Below the pieces are notes generated by a model, which saw only the letters and a program-made list of their open reading frames with translations, made no database searches and had not been told where the DNA came from. Both the position numbers and the translations under genes were made by a program. Below are positions 43,432-51,773 of a stretch of DNA of 52,507 bases, piece after piece. The DNA comes from Planktothrix mougeotii LEGE 06226 (GTDB lineage Bacteria > Cyanobacteriota > Cyanobacteriia > Cyanobacteriales > Microcoleaceae). Each line of letters starts with the position of its first letter. Within the stretch, counting starts at the first letter, position 1. The stretch is taken from assembly GCF_015207485.1 (NCBI RefSeq), contig NZ_JADEWU010000005.1, positions 1 to 52,507 on the forward strand, written 5' to 3'.

Positions 43432-45411
43432 ATGGCTTTTGATCGACCCAGAAGACCAGGACAAACCCCACCAGCGACCTCTCGCCCTAACCAAGCAGTT
43501 CAACGTAATACGTCTCGACCAACTCCTCCAAATTCTAATCGTTCATCAGGTGGTGATGGGGGTCGCAGAGGAGGAGGAAGCAATGGCGGTGGCGGTGGCG
43601 GCGGCAATCAACCTAATCTCCCGTCCCCTTGGTTAGATTCTGACAATGAACCTTCGCCAGATAAAACGGCCAGTTTTGTTGAATATTTGCGTTGGATGCG
43701 TTCCCCTGATAGTGGCTATAAAGACGCGACAAAAGTTCAAATTTTACAAATGGCGGAGGAAAACGCTAACTATCAACAACGTCTGGAACAATTAACAGAC
43801 CGAACTCAATTAATTGCCGGAAAAGAAAACTGTTTTAAAGTCAAATGTCCTTGGCGAATTCGAGTCGGAGGACATCGGGGGCCAGAAAGTATTTTACTTC
43901 CTGCTTTTGATGCCTTGGGAATGCCTTATATCCCGTCTTCTAGTTTGCGAGGTGTGGCAAGAAATCAAGCTATTCGGGAAATCATGTCTAAGGAAAAAGT
44001 AGACTGGAAAGAAGCCGAGAAACAGATTGCCCCTTGGTTTGGTTCTCTTGAGGAAGAAGAGAAAGATCGCTCTGGAAAAGTGATATTTTTAGATGCCTAT
44101 CCTCTTCCTAAACAAGATGGGTTAACCGTTGATATGGCTAATAATATTTGGAAATGGGAGGGAAATGATTTCAAGTATAACCCTAATCCTAATCCATTTT
44201 TATCTTTAAAAGAACCGATGTTTTTAATGGGTTTACGGTTAGCTATTGGATGTACTGATATTGAAGTTTTAAACCAAGTTAAGAAATGGTTAATTAAAGG
44301 ACTACAAGCCGGAATTGGTTCTCAAGTGAATACGGGTTATGGAGAACTGATGAAAGCGGGAGAAGGACGACCGAAAGAGGAGTTTTTCAGCTTAGATTTT
44401 ACCCTACAAGGTCAACTCATTCATGGGCGACAAAAGTTTACTCAATGGAACTGGAATGATAACCGTCAAGAATGGCAAATGCGAGGTCAAGCAGAAGCAG
44501 AGGTGCGTCCTGTTGCGTTTAAATCCATGTTGAGATATTGGTTTAGAACTTTAGCATTAGGTGTTTTACCGATAGGAGAGGTTTCGACTTGGGAAAATAA
44601 GTTATTTGGAGGGATTAATCCTCAACGGGAATGGGGTTGGGTTAAAGTTGAAATTTTAGAAGGAAAAGTGACTCAAAAAGAACCTAAACCTAATTATCAA
44701 GGTAAAAATGATCCTTGCGGAGAACAGGAAGGAACCTTAACCCTTTCCTATGGAGTCGGTTGTCCAACTGATCCTAAAACTCGACAAGCCATCAATACAT
44801 TAATGAAGAATTTAACTTGGTTAATGTTTCATTTAGGAGGGATTGGACAGGGAGCAAGACGACCGTGCTATTCTCGTCAAACCCGTGAACGTGCCCCTTG
44901 GTGGAGAGGCTCAACGTTAATTCCTAATGATGATGATTCCTTCTGGGAATTACCTGATAATGTTCTAGCGTTTAAAGAGAAATGTGTCACTCATTTACAA
45001 AAAATTTATCAAGCCATTTCTCAACTGTTTAATATTCCTAATCTTCGTCCGATTAATAATCCCATTAATCTAGGACAAGTGCGTCAAGATAACTGGAAAG
45101 AAGCCATTGATGCTAACTGTCGGATTATTGTTTGTGCTGGGAAGTCTCAACAGGAGAAACCTTATGCTTTAGGAGTGTTACATAGTCCTGATTTTAAAAT
45201 TACTAAAGGTCAATACAAGGATTATGACGGTAATTTATGTGGTCAAGTTAGCCGAGGGGTTAAACCTTCTCCTGTTTGGATTGCAGATCTAGGAGATTAT
45301 CAAGTTGTAACAATATTTGGAGCGACAGAAAATCCTCGACAGCGTTATATTCAGGAGTTGCGATCGCGCACTTCCAAGGATAACTTTGCTCAAATCTGGC
45401 CATTAAATTGA
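43432..45411 (+). CDS. cmr6: Cmr6-like Cas7 RAMP, unusually large (659 aa) with N-terminal Gly/Arg-rich low-complexity tail; possibly a Cmr6/Cmr1-type fusion
   Basis: RAMP motif GMPYIPSSSLRGVARNQ; G-rich loop HLGGIGQGARRPCYS; N-terminal SSGGDGGRRGGGSNGGGGGGGNQ; no separate cmr1 gene in the locus. Confidence 0.6.
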   Translation: MAFDRPRRPGQTPPATSRPNQAVQRNTSRPTPPNSNRSSGGDGGRRGGGSNGGGGGGGNQPNLPSPWLDSDNEPSPDKTASFVEYLRWMRSPDSGYKDATKVQILQMAEENANYQQRLEQLTDRTQLIAGKENCFKVKCPWRIRVGGHRGPESILLPAFDALGMPYIPSSSLRGVARNQAIREIMSKEKVDWKEAEKQIAPWFGSLEEEEKDRSGKVIFLDAYPLPKQDGLTVDMANNIWKWEGNDFKYNPNPNPFLSLKEPMFLMGLRLAIGCTDIEVLNQVKKWLIKGLQAGIGSQVNTGYGELMKAGEGRPKEEFFSLDFTLQGQLIHGRQKFTQWNWNDNRQEWQMRGQAEAEVRPVAFKSMLRYWFRTLALGVLPIGEVSTWENKLFGGINPQREWGWVKVEILEGKVTQKEPKPNYQGKNDPCGEQEGTLTLSYGVGCPTDPKTRQAINTLMKNLTWLMFHLGGIGQGARRPCYSRQTRERAPWWRGSTLIPNDDDSFWELPDNVLAFKEKCVTHLQKIYQAISQLFNIPNLRPINNPINLGQVRQDNWKEAIDANCRIIVCAGKSQQEKPYALGVLHSPDFKITKGQYKDYDGNLCGQVSRGVKPSPVWIADLGDYQVVTIFGATENPRQRYIQELRSRTSKDNFAQIWPLN

Positions 45412-45421
45412 TTTATACTTT

Positions 45422-45460
45422 TAGTAGCTAGTTTTAAAAAAGCTAACTACTAATTTTTTC
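45422..45460 (+). terminator. Rho-independent terminator candidate downstream of cmr6
   Basis: TAGTAGCTAGTT-TTAAAAAAG-CTAACTACTA imperfect hairpin (8 of 9 bp) followed by ATTTTTTCC. Confidence 0.4.
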
Positions 45461-45473
45461 CATTGGATTAACT

Positions 45474-47186
45474 ATGTTAACAGAATACCAATTAACCAAT
45501 TTTAAAGCGTTTTCTAAAACGAAACCGATTCCGATCCGGCCGATCACGTTGATTTATGGCCCTAATTCTTCTGGTAAAAGTTCTATTATTCAGTCTTTAC
45601 TGTTACTGAAACAAACCTTACAACAGGCAGAAAGCCCTAATATTATCCTAATCCCTAAAGGAAATTTAGTTGATTTAGGCAGTTATCGAGACTTTGTATA
45701 TTGCCATGATGTTAGTCAACCTTTTTCAATCCAAGCAACGTTACCGTTTCAGCCGAAAAAATTATTAGAAAAAGGTTGGGCTTTAGAACAGCTACAAGAT
45801 ACTACAGAACTGAAAATTAGAATTAACTTTGCTTATGATGCAGAACAATCACAAATTGTTTTTGATTCAGTTTTGTTATTTATTAATCACCCAACTATTC
45901 CTTTAATTTCTTATAAATGCCTAGAGGGAGATCCTAAGTTTTTAGTTTTAGATCAATTTAACCCAGAACATCCTCTGTGGCAAGGTTGGTGGAAAGAAGC
46001 AAAAAATAAAATTCCCAAAAACTTTAGAAACAAGGTCAAATCAATTCTTAAAGAATTAGGCTTTAATGAGGCTAAAAGAAATAATGCTGCTAAAAATCTA
46101 GTAATTGTAGAGAACAAAATTAAAGAACTAGAAGTTGAAATAAAAACCATTTTAGATCAGATAGAATTAGCTAAATCTAACTCAGATAATAATCTAGTTT
46201 CTAGCTTAAAACAAGAGTTATCTTCTCTCAATTATAAATTAGACGAATTCAACGCTATTAAAATTTTATCTCATCGCTTTGATAATTATAATATTAAAGA
46301 GGGAATAGAGGATTTATTTCTAGTCCAATCCTATTTATTTGGAGTTGAAAATCGAAATTTTTTACCCTATAGTTTATATAAAGAGGAAAAAGCAGATGAT
46401 CAAAATTTTCAGCTAAATTATCTATCCGAAGTTTATTCAAAGTTAGATTCTAAGGATTGGATATCAGATTTAACAAAAATTATCGATCCTGTGTTTCGAG
46501 GATGGATGGAAAAGATTGTTTATATTGAGCCATTAAGAGATTATCCAGAACGATTTTATATCTTTAGTGATTATTCGGGAAGCCAAGTTGGAAAAGAGGG
46601 TTCCCAAATTTCTAATTTATTATTCAATAACCCTCAATTGATTGAGCGTATTAATCAACAATTCAAAAATTTTAAATTAGGTTATGAAGCAAAAATTGTT
46701 AAGTTTATAGATGAAGAGGATTCAACAGGAAGCAATCTTTTTGCTATTCGTCTTTATGATGAATTTACCAAGGTTAACGTCAGTATTTTAGATGTTGGTT
46801 TTGGGATTAGTCAAGTTTTACCGATTCTTGTTCAATGTATGTTTTCTCATCAAAAAACAATTTTAATTGAACAGCCAGAAGTCCATATTCATCCTCGGCT
46901 ACAAACTGAAATAGGTTCACTTTTCGCCGAATGTATTAAGCTTCCCTATGAGAATCGATTTATTATTGAAACTCATAGTGAGCATTTAATTCTTAGGCTT
47001 CAAAAATTGATTCGTAAAGGAGAGTTAAAACCTGATGATATAGCCGTGATTTATGTTGATCGTTCTTCGGAAGGGTCTAACTGTTTAGAGTTAAGACTTG
47101 ATGAAGATGGTGACTTTATTGATGAATGGCCACATGGATTTTTTGAAGAAGATTTTCAGGAGATTTTTGAAAATTATGCTTTATAG
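45474..47186 (+). CDS. ABC/OLD-like ATPase (AAA_21-type) without fused nuclease domain
   Basis: 570 aa; N-terminal LTNFKAFS...ITLIYGPNSSGKSS (Walker A); C-terminal ILIEQPEVHIHPRLQ (Walker B / D-loop-like, IDEPE..LHP pattern) and IIETHSEHLIL (H-loop), the hallmark layout of AAA_21/OLD-family ATPases; AT-rich. Confidence 0.65.
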   Translation: MLTEYQLTNFKAFSKTKPIPIRPITLIYGPNSSGKSSIIQSLLLLKQTLQQAESPNIILIPKGNLVDLGSYRDFVYCHDVSQPFSIQATLPFQPKKLLEKGWALEQLQDTTELKIRINFAYDAEQSQIVFDSVLLFINHPTIPLISYKCLEGDPKFLVLDQFNPEHPLWQGWWKEAKNKIPKNFRNKVKSILKELGFNEAKRNNAAKNLVIVENKIKELEVEIKTILDQIELAKSNSDNNLVSSLKQELSSLNYKLDEFNAIKILSHRFDNYNIKEGIEDLFLVQSYLFGVENRNFLPYSLYKEEKADDQNFQLNYLSEVYSKLDSKDWISDLTKIIDPVFRGWMEKIVYIEPLRDYPERFYIFSDYSGSQVGKEGSQISNLLFNNPQLIERINQQFKNFKLGYEAKIVKFIDEEDSTGSNLFAIRLYDEFTKVNVSILDVGFGISQVLPILVQCMFSHQKTILIEQPEVHIHPRLQTEIGSLFAECIKLPYENRFIIETHSEHLILRLQKLIRKGELKPDDIAVIYVDRSSEGSNCLELRLDEDGDFIDEWPHGFFEEDFQEIFENYAL

Positions 47187-48201
47187 AACAGTAATTTCAC
47201 CTTCAGTCTTTAACATTACAGAAAGTAATTCTTCTCAGTATAGGTTCGTTATAAGTTTACTTAAAGACTTAGACAAAAATGGGTTGATTTTAGTAGATAA
47301 AAATGATAGAAATGAAGTTTTGTTTCCTCAAATTCTACAATATGTAGAAAACTGGGATACAAGATTTAAAATTCCTGCAAAAAAATTAATAAAGAAATTA
47401 CGAGAAAATAACCGTATCATTAAAATCAGTGATTTTTCTCAAGTTCATAATACTCCTATTACTTGTGGATATATAGTTGATCAAATTGCGTTAAAATTTA
47501 GTCCTGATGCCATTTTCTCAACACAAAATTGTTGTATTAATAATAAAATTAATCAAATTGATATTATGGATTATGTTATATCTGGATTTGATGATAAAAT
47601 TCAATCTTATGATTTTAGCCTTAATCAAGGACAATGGACTAAGGAAATATTTGAAAATGAAGTCTTGATTTCATTATTCAAAGATGCTAAATACATTAAA
47701 CTTTATAATCGCTATATTGGAAGAACAATCTTGACAAAGAATAGAGGATATAGAAATACTTTAAACTGGATTCTTGATGTATTTATTAGAGAGTCGAATT
47801 TTCTGAAGCCAGGTGTAAGCAATCGAGTAATATTTGAAATCTATACAGGGATACAAGTTGGTGGCAAACAAGGTTTATCAACATCAGATTTATATTCTGC
47901 TATTACGGCTATTAGAGAGTTAGAAAAACAACTCTATAGAAAATTGACTTTACAAAAAAGCAATGCAGATGTTAAAATTTATATCAAAAAAGAAAACGAT
48001 TGCGATAACCCTAAAACATTTCCTCATGCTCGTTATTTATTTACTGATCAAATCGGTTTGTGTATAGATAGAGGCTTTGATCTTTTATATTCGCCAGATC
48101 AGAATTCTATTCCTTCTTTAATTAAGGATCTTCATATTTCTTATCATTCAGATAAATCTAAAATCGCAAGAGAAGTAAATCAGCTTGAAGATTTACTGTA
48201 A
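47176..48201 (+). CDS. Uncharacterised partner protein of the ATPase (342 aa from Met-27; ORF extends upstream to 47098), translationally coupled
   Basis: In-frame ATG at 47176 overlaps the ATPase stop (47184-47186) by 11 nt; AT-rich; no motif recognisable by eye (no HNH Cys/His pairs, no obvious TOPRIM E...DxD). Confidence 0.45.
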   Translation: MLYRTVISPSVFNITESNSSQYRFVISLLKDLDKNGLILVDKNDRNEVLFPQILQYVENWDTRFKIPAKKLIKKLRENNRIIKISDFSQVHNTPITCGYIVDQIALKFSPDAIFSTQNCCINNKINQIDIMDYVISGFDDKIQSYDFSLNQGQWTKEIFENEVLISLFKDAKYIKLYNRYIGRTILTKNRGYRNTLNWILDVFIRESNFLKPGVSNRVIFEIYTGIQVGGKQGLSTSDLYSAITAIRELEKQLYRKLTLQKSNADVKIYIKKENDCDNPKTFPHARYLFTDQIGLCIDRGFDLLYSPDQNSIPSLIKDLHISYHSDKSKIAREVNQLEDLL

Positions 48202-48239
48202 TTAAATTTTTGTAAAAATAATCTGAGGATTTAATTTTT

Positions 48240-49712
48240 ATGTCTCAACAATCAATTTTAGTTGCAACGATTGGAACCCGTGATTTAAGCTTCCAAATTA
48301 CTTCGGGAAAATGGTATAACGTGGGTGATGACCGCATCCAAAATGGCGCAATTATTGGAGAACAGGCAGAAGTTTTATCTGATTTAGGATTTGCTGAGAA
48401 AAGCTATCGAGATTTGACCCAGTATTTGTTAGAAAATATTGACCAGTACCGAGAACGGGTTAAACCGATTATTTTTGGTAAAGTCTTTTTAGAACAAGGT
48501 CGAACAATCTCTAAAGTTTATTTAATTGCTACCAATCAACAGGAAGGAATTCGAGAACGAGAGAAAGATACTATTTATTCGGCTCAAATTATTAAAGCTT
48601 GGTTAATGGATAATTTTAAACATTTAAACAATGAAAAAATAACAATTATTCCATTAGGAGAAGATGGAACTAACCCTTCTAACTTTGAAGAAATGTTTCG
48701 CTGGTGGTCACGGGTCTGGCGAAATCAAATTCGGGTGAAAAAACAGTTGGTTTGGGTGTGTTTAAAGGGAGGAGTGGGTCAAGCATCGGAAGCAGCTAGG
48801 GTTTCGGGTTTAAGTTTATATGGCGATCGCATTCAATTTTATGAGTTTAAAGCAAATGCCGTCAACAACTATCAAGGAATTCCTTCTGATTATACTGGTC
48901 CGTTTTTAGGAACGAATTATCTTTGGGATAGAATTCAACAACAATGCTTAAAGTTATTAGAACGATTTGACTATGATGAAGTGTCTGATTTATTAGAGCC
49001 TTATTTTGAACAAGATCCTGAAAATTTTGGTAGTCTCCGCAATTTAGTTCAAGCGGGTATTCAATGGAATCAAGGTAATTTTCAAGATTTTTTCAGACGC
49101 TCTGAAAGTATTTTAAATCCTCCTCAACAAGATCAAGGACACTCCTGGTGGTGGATGGGATATGAACAAGCAATGTTAGGTGTGGTGAGATTTAAGCAAC
49201 AAAATACTGTTGAAGCAATGCTACACAGTTACCGAGCAATTGAGGGTACAATTTATTTATGGGCTATTCAGACTTTCCCGACTTTTGTTCAAAATCGAGA
49301 GGGTGAATATCTGAAAATTTCATCCTCAATCACTGAACGATATCCTCAAATACTTAAAGGGAAATACTTTCAATCTTCAGATTCAGAAGAATTAAAAGGT
49401 TGGTTTTTAGAAGATTTTATCAAAGCTGTTCTCCCAAGTACATCGAATAGCCAAGATTTTATAACTTTCTGGTCTTCAGCAAAAAAAATGAGAAATCAGC
49501 TATCTCATCGGTTAGGAGGATTAACAGAAGATGAACTTTTTAAAGGTTGGAAGGTTGACCTACAGATGGATTGTGAAAAGAGTTGGAAAAACCGAATTTT
49601 AAATTGTTTAAACACTTTGACTAGCCAGTCTTTTACGTCCTTAGAAGGAGCAAGTTTATTCATCAGAGTTCATCATTATCTTATCAATAAAATTAAGCAA
49701 TATGAACCCTAA
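48240..49712 (+). CDS. csx1: Csx1/Csm6-family CARF-HEPN ancillary ribonuclease
   Basis: 490 aa; N-terminal QSILVATIGTRDL (CARF-like Rossmann start); C-terminal KKMRNQLSHRLGG contains the R-x4-H HEPN motif; location inside a type III locus whose Cas10 retains GGDD. Confidence 0.6.
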   Translation: MSQQSILVATIGTRDLSFQITSGKWYNVGDDRIQNGAIIGEQAEVLSDLGFAEKSYRDLTQYLLENIDQYRERVKPIIFGKVFLEQGRTISKVYLIATNQQEGIREREKDTIYSAQIIKAWLMDNFKHLNNEKITIIPLGEDGTNPSNFEEMFRWWSRVWRNQIRVKKQLVWVCLKGGVGQASEAARVSGLSLYGDRIQFYEFKANAVNNYQGIPSDYTGPFLGTNYLWDRIQQQCLKLLERFDYDEVSDLLEPYFEQDPENFGSLRNLVQAGIQWNQGNFQDFFRRSESILNPPQQDQGHSWWWMGYEQAMLGVVRFKQQNTVEAMLHSYRAIEGTIYLWAIQTFPTFVQNREGEYLKISSSITERYPQILKGKYFQSSDSEELKGWFLEDFIKAVLPSTSNSQDFITFWSSAKKMRNQLSHRLGGLTEDELFKGWKVDLQMDCEKSWKNRILNCLNTLTSQSFTSLEGASLFIRVHHYLINKIKQYEP

Positions 49713-49889
49713 ACTGTAATTAATTTGGTTTGAGGTAATCTTTGATAATTAATCTGTATTTTCACTGATGCAGTTTAACTTAAATTGTGTATTACAGATA
49801 ATTTCAAACTTTCATGTAACTTTGCGTAATCTATAATTCAAGCTTTGTTGAATCCATTAGAACATTAAAAAACTCTTAAGGATTGCATC

Positions 49890-50171
49890 ATGTATATTTC
49901 TAGTCGTGCCATTGTTGTTCGGAATTTTGCGATCGCTATTGTCAACGGAACCGTTACCTTAATTATTTTATTGATTGCGCCTTTGGGATTAATGGCTGTC
50001 ATTAGTAATACGTTTTTAGTCACTGTTGCTACTTTCTTTACGGCTACTATCGCCGATGGAATTATTCGATTTCTCCAACCTTCTCGCTCTATGGGGGAAT
50101 TTCCTTTACATCAGGATACTCCCTATTCTTCTGAATTAGAGTCTCGTTCATCCCATGAAATTGATCGCTAA
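49890..50171 (+). CDS. Small 2-TM hypothetical protein directly upstream of cas1
   Basis: 93 aa; two hydrophobic helices; stop at 50171, 3 nt before the cas1 ATG; contains a HIP1 site. Confidence 0.35.
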   Translation: MYISSRAIVVRNFAIAIVNGTVTLIILLIAPLGLMAVISNTFLVTVATFFTATIADGIIRFLQPSRSMGEFPLHQDTPYSSELESRSSHEIDR

Positions 50172-50174
50172 ATT

Positions 50175-51167
50175 ATGTTAACATTGTATGTGTCTCAACA
50201 GGGATGTTATCTCACTTTAAAAGCTGAAAGTTTGTTAATCAAAAAGGGGAAGGAAGTCTTAGCAGAAGCTCAAATTCCCTTGCTGGAACAAGTGTTAATT
50301 TTTGGAAAATCTCAAGTGACGACTCAAGCGATTCGAGCTTGTTTATTTCGTAATGTTCCGATAGCTTATTTATCTCGGATGGGATATTGTTATGGTCGAA
50401 TTTTACCGGTTGAACGGGGATATCGCCATCTATCTCGCTATCAACAACAACTGACTAGAGTAGACCGTTTAATTGTGGCTCGTCGCATTGTACAAGCTAA
50501 ACTGAAAAATAGTCGAGTGATTCTGCAACGCCAAGCTCGTCGTCAATCTTCTGAGGCGATTACTTTTGCAATTCAAAGTTTAAATCATTTGATGGAAAAG
50601 GTAATAGAAGCAGAAAGTTGGGAACGATTAATGGGGTTAGAAGGGGCGGCGGCTTCTCAATATTTTTCGGCTTTGGGTGACTGTTTAACGAATCCTAAGT
50701 TTGTGTTTACGGTGCGTTCCCGCCGTCCTCCCGGAAATCCGGTGAATGCTTTATTGAGTTTTGGTTATCAACTGCTTTGGAATCATCTTTTAAGTTTAAT
50801 TGAACTTCAGGGACTTGACCCTTATTTTGGGTGTTTACATCAAGGAACAGAACGTCATGCGGCTTTGGCTTCCGATTTAATTGAGGAGTTTAGAGCCCCC
50901 ATTGTGGATTCGTTGGTGATGTATTTAATTAATCGCAATATGATTAATTCAGATACGGATTTTATTTACCATGATGGCGGTTGTTTTCTGAATGATTCGG
51001 GTCGAGTTAAATTCTTAAAGGCGTTTCTGCAACGGATGGAGGAAAAGTTAACGACCGCCGCCGGAGAAAATCAACCTCGATGGGATACTTTGAATCAACA
51101 AGTTAAGGCTTTTAAGCAGTTTGTTTATAACCCCATTGAAGGATATACACCCTATGAGTTGCGCTGA
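50175..51167 (+). CDS. cas1: Cas1 integrase
   Basis: 330 aa; LYVSQQGCYLTLKAESLLIKKG...VLIFGKSQVTTQAIRACL and the rest match canonical Cas1. Confidence 0.85.
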   Translation: MLTLYVSQQGCYLTLKAESLLIKKGKEVLAEAQIPLLEQVLIFGKSQVTTQAIRACLFRNVPIAYLSRMGYCYGRILPVERGYRHLSRYQQQLTRVDRLIVARRIVQAKLKNSRVILQRQARRQSSEAITFAIQSLNHLMEKVIEAESWERLMGLEGAAASQYFSALGDCLTNPKFVFTVRSRRPPGNPVNALLSFGYQLLWNHLLSLIELQGLDPYFGCLHQGTERHAALASDLIEEFRAPIVDSLVMYLINRNMINSDTDFIYHDGGCFLNDSGRVKFLKAFLQRMEEKLTTAAGENQPRWDTLNQQVKAFKQFVYNPIEGYTPYELR

Positions 51168-51448
51168 TGTTATTTTATATTGTTGCCTATGATATTCCCT
51201 GTGATAAACGTCGTCGCAAAGTGGCTAATTTATTAGAGGGATATGGAAAGCGGGTTCAATATTCGGTGTTTGAGTGTGTGTTGGCTGAATCGAAATATCT
51301 TGAGTTACAGAAACGCTTAAAGAAACAAGTGAATCTGGCGGAAGATAATCTGCGGTTTTATCCTCTTTCTCGCCATACCTGGGGAAGTGTGGAAACTTGG
51401 GGTCAGGGGCCAAAGATTACGGAGTATCCGAGTTCGTTGATTGTTTAA
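51167..51448 (+). CDS. cas2: Cas2
   Basis: 93 aa; MLFYIVAYDIPCDKRRRKVANLLEGYGKRVQYSVFEC is the canonical Cas2 N-terminus; start overlaps the cas1 stop. Confidence 0.85.
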   Translation: MLFYIVAYDIPCDKRRRKVANLLEGYGKRVQYSVFECVLAESKYLELQKRLKKQVNLAEDNLRFYPLSRHTWGSVETWGQGPKITEYPSSLIV

Positions 51449-51773
51449 GGAGGTTGGGGAGGTTTAGGGAAGCTTGATGAGCCTCGCAATTCCTCTGGGT
51501 AAGGGTTTCGTTGTTTTGCTAGGAAATGGAAGGAGGGATTTGGTTGGCTGGGATGAGGGAGCTTAGAAGGGATAATCAACGGAATCATGGGCTCGCGAGG
51601 CTCAGACAAAATGGCTGTAATACTGATTCTCTCATTGGGAGCCTCGATATTGCTCTGGATAAGGCTTTTGGCGATTTTGGCAATAGGCAAAATGTGGTTT
51701 CAGCCAACGGTTTTCCTGAGCCTCGAAAACCCCCCCTAGACAGCCGATGGTGTCTGGGTTTAAAATAGGAGGA
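51449..51773 (+). promoter_or_regulatory. CRISPR leader (~325 bp) between cas2 and the first repeat
   Basis: Non-coding, repeat-free interval immediately upstream of the first repeat and downstream of cas1-cas2. Confidence 0.6.

Noticed and set aside
43397-43636. 79-aa ORF overlapping the cmr5/cmr6 junction in another frame
   Set aside because: Lies wholly within or over the start of the much longer, motif-bearing cmr6-like ORF; Ala/Val-rich translation of the GGN-rich tract in an alternate frame.
47098-47175. Upstream extension (Met-1 or Met-13) of the ATPase partner ORF overlapping the ATPase by up to 89 nt
   Set aside because: The ORF is open from 47098, but Met-27 at 47176 gives the classical short stop/start overlap for translational coupling; the longer start cannot be excluded without homologs.
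49890-50171. Considered whether the 93-aa ORF upstream of cas1 could be a degenerate cas6 or cas4
   Set aside because: Far too small and hydrophobic; no G-rich loop (Cas6) or Cys4/RecB motifs (Cas4). Retained only as an uncharacterised small membrane ORF.
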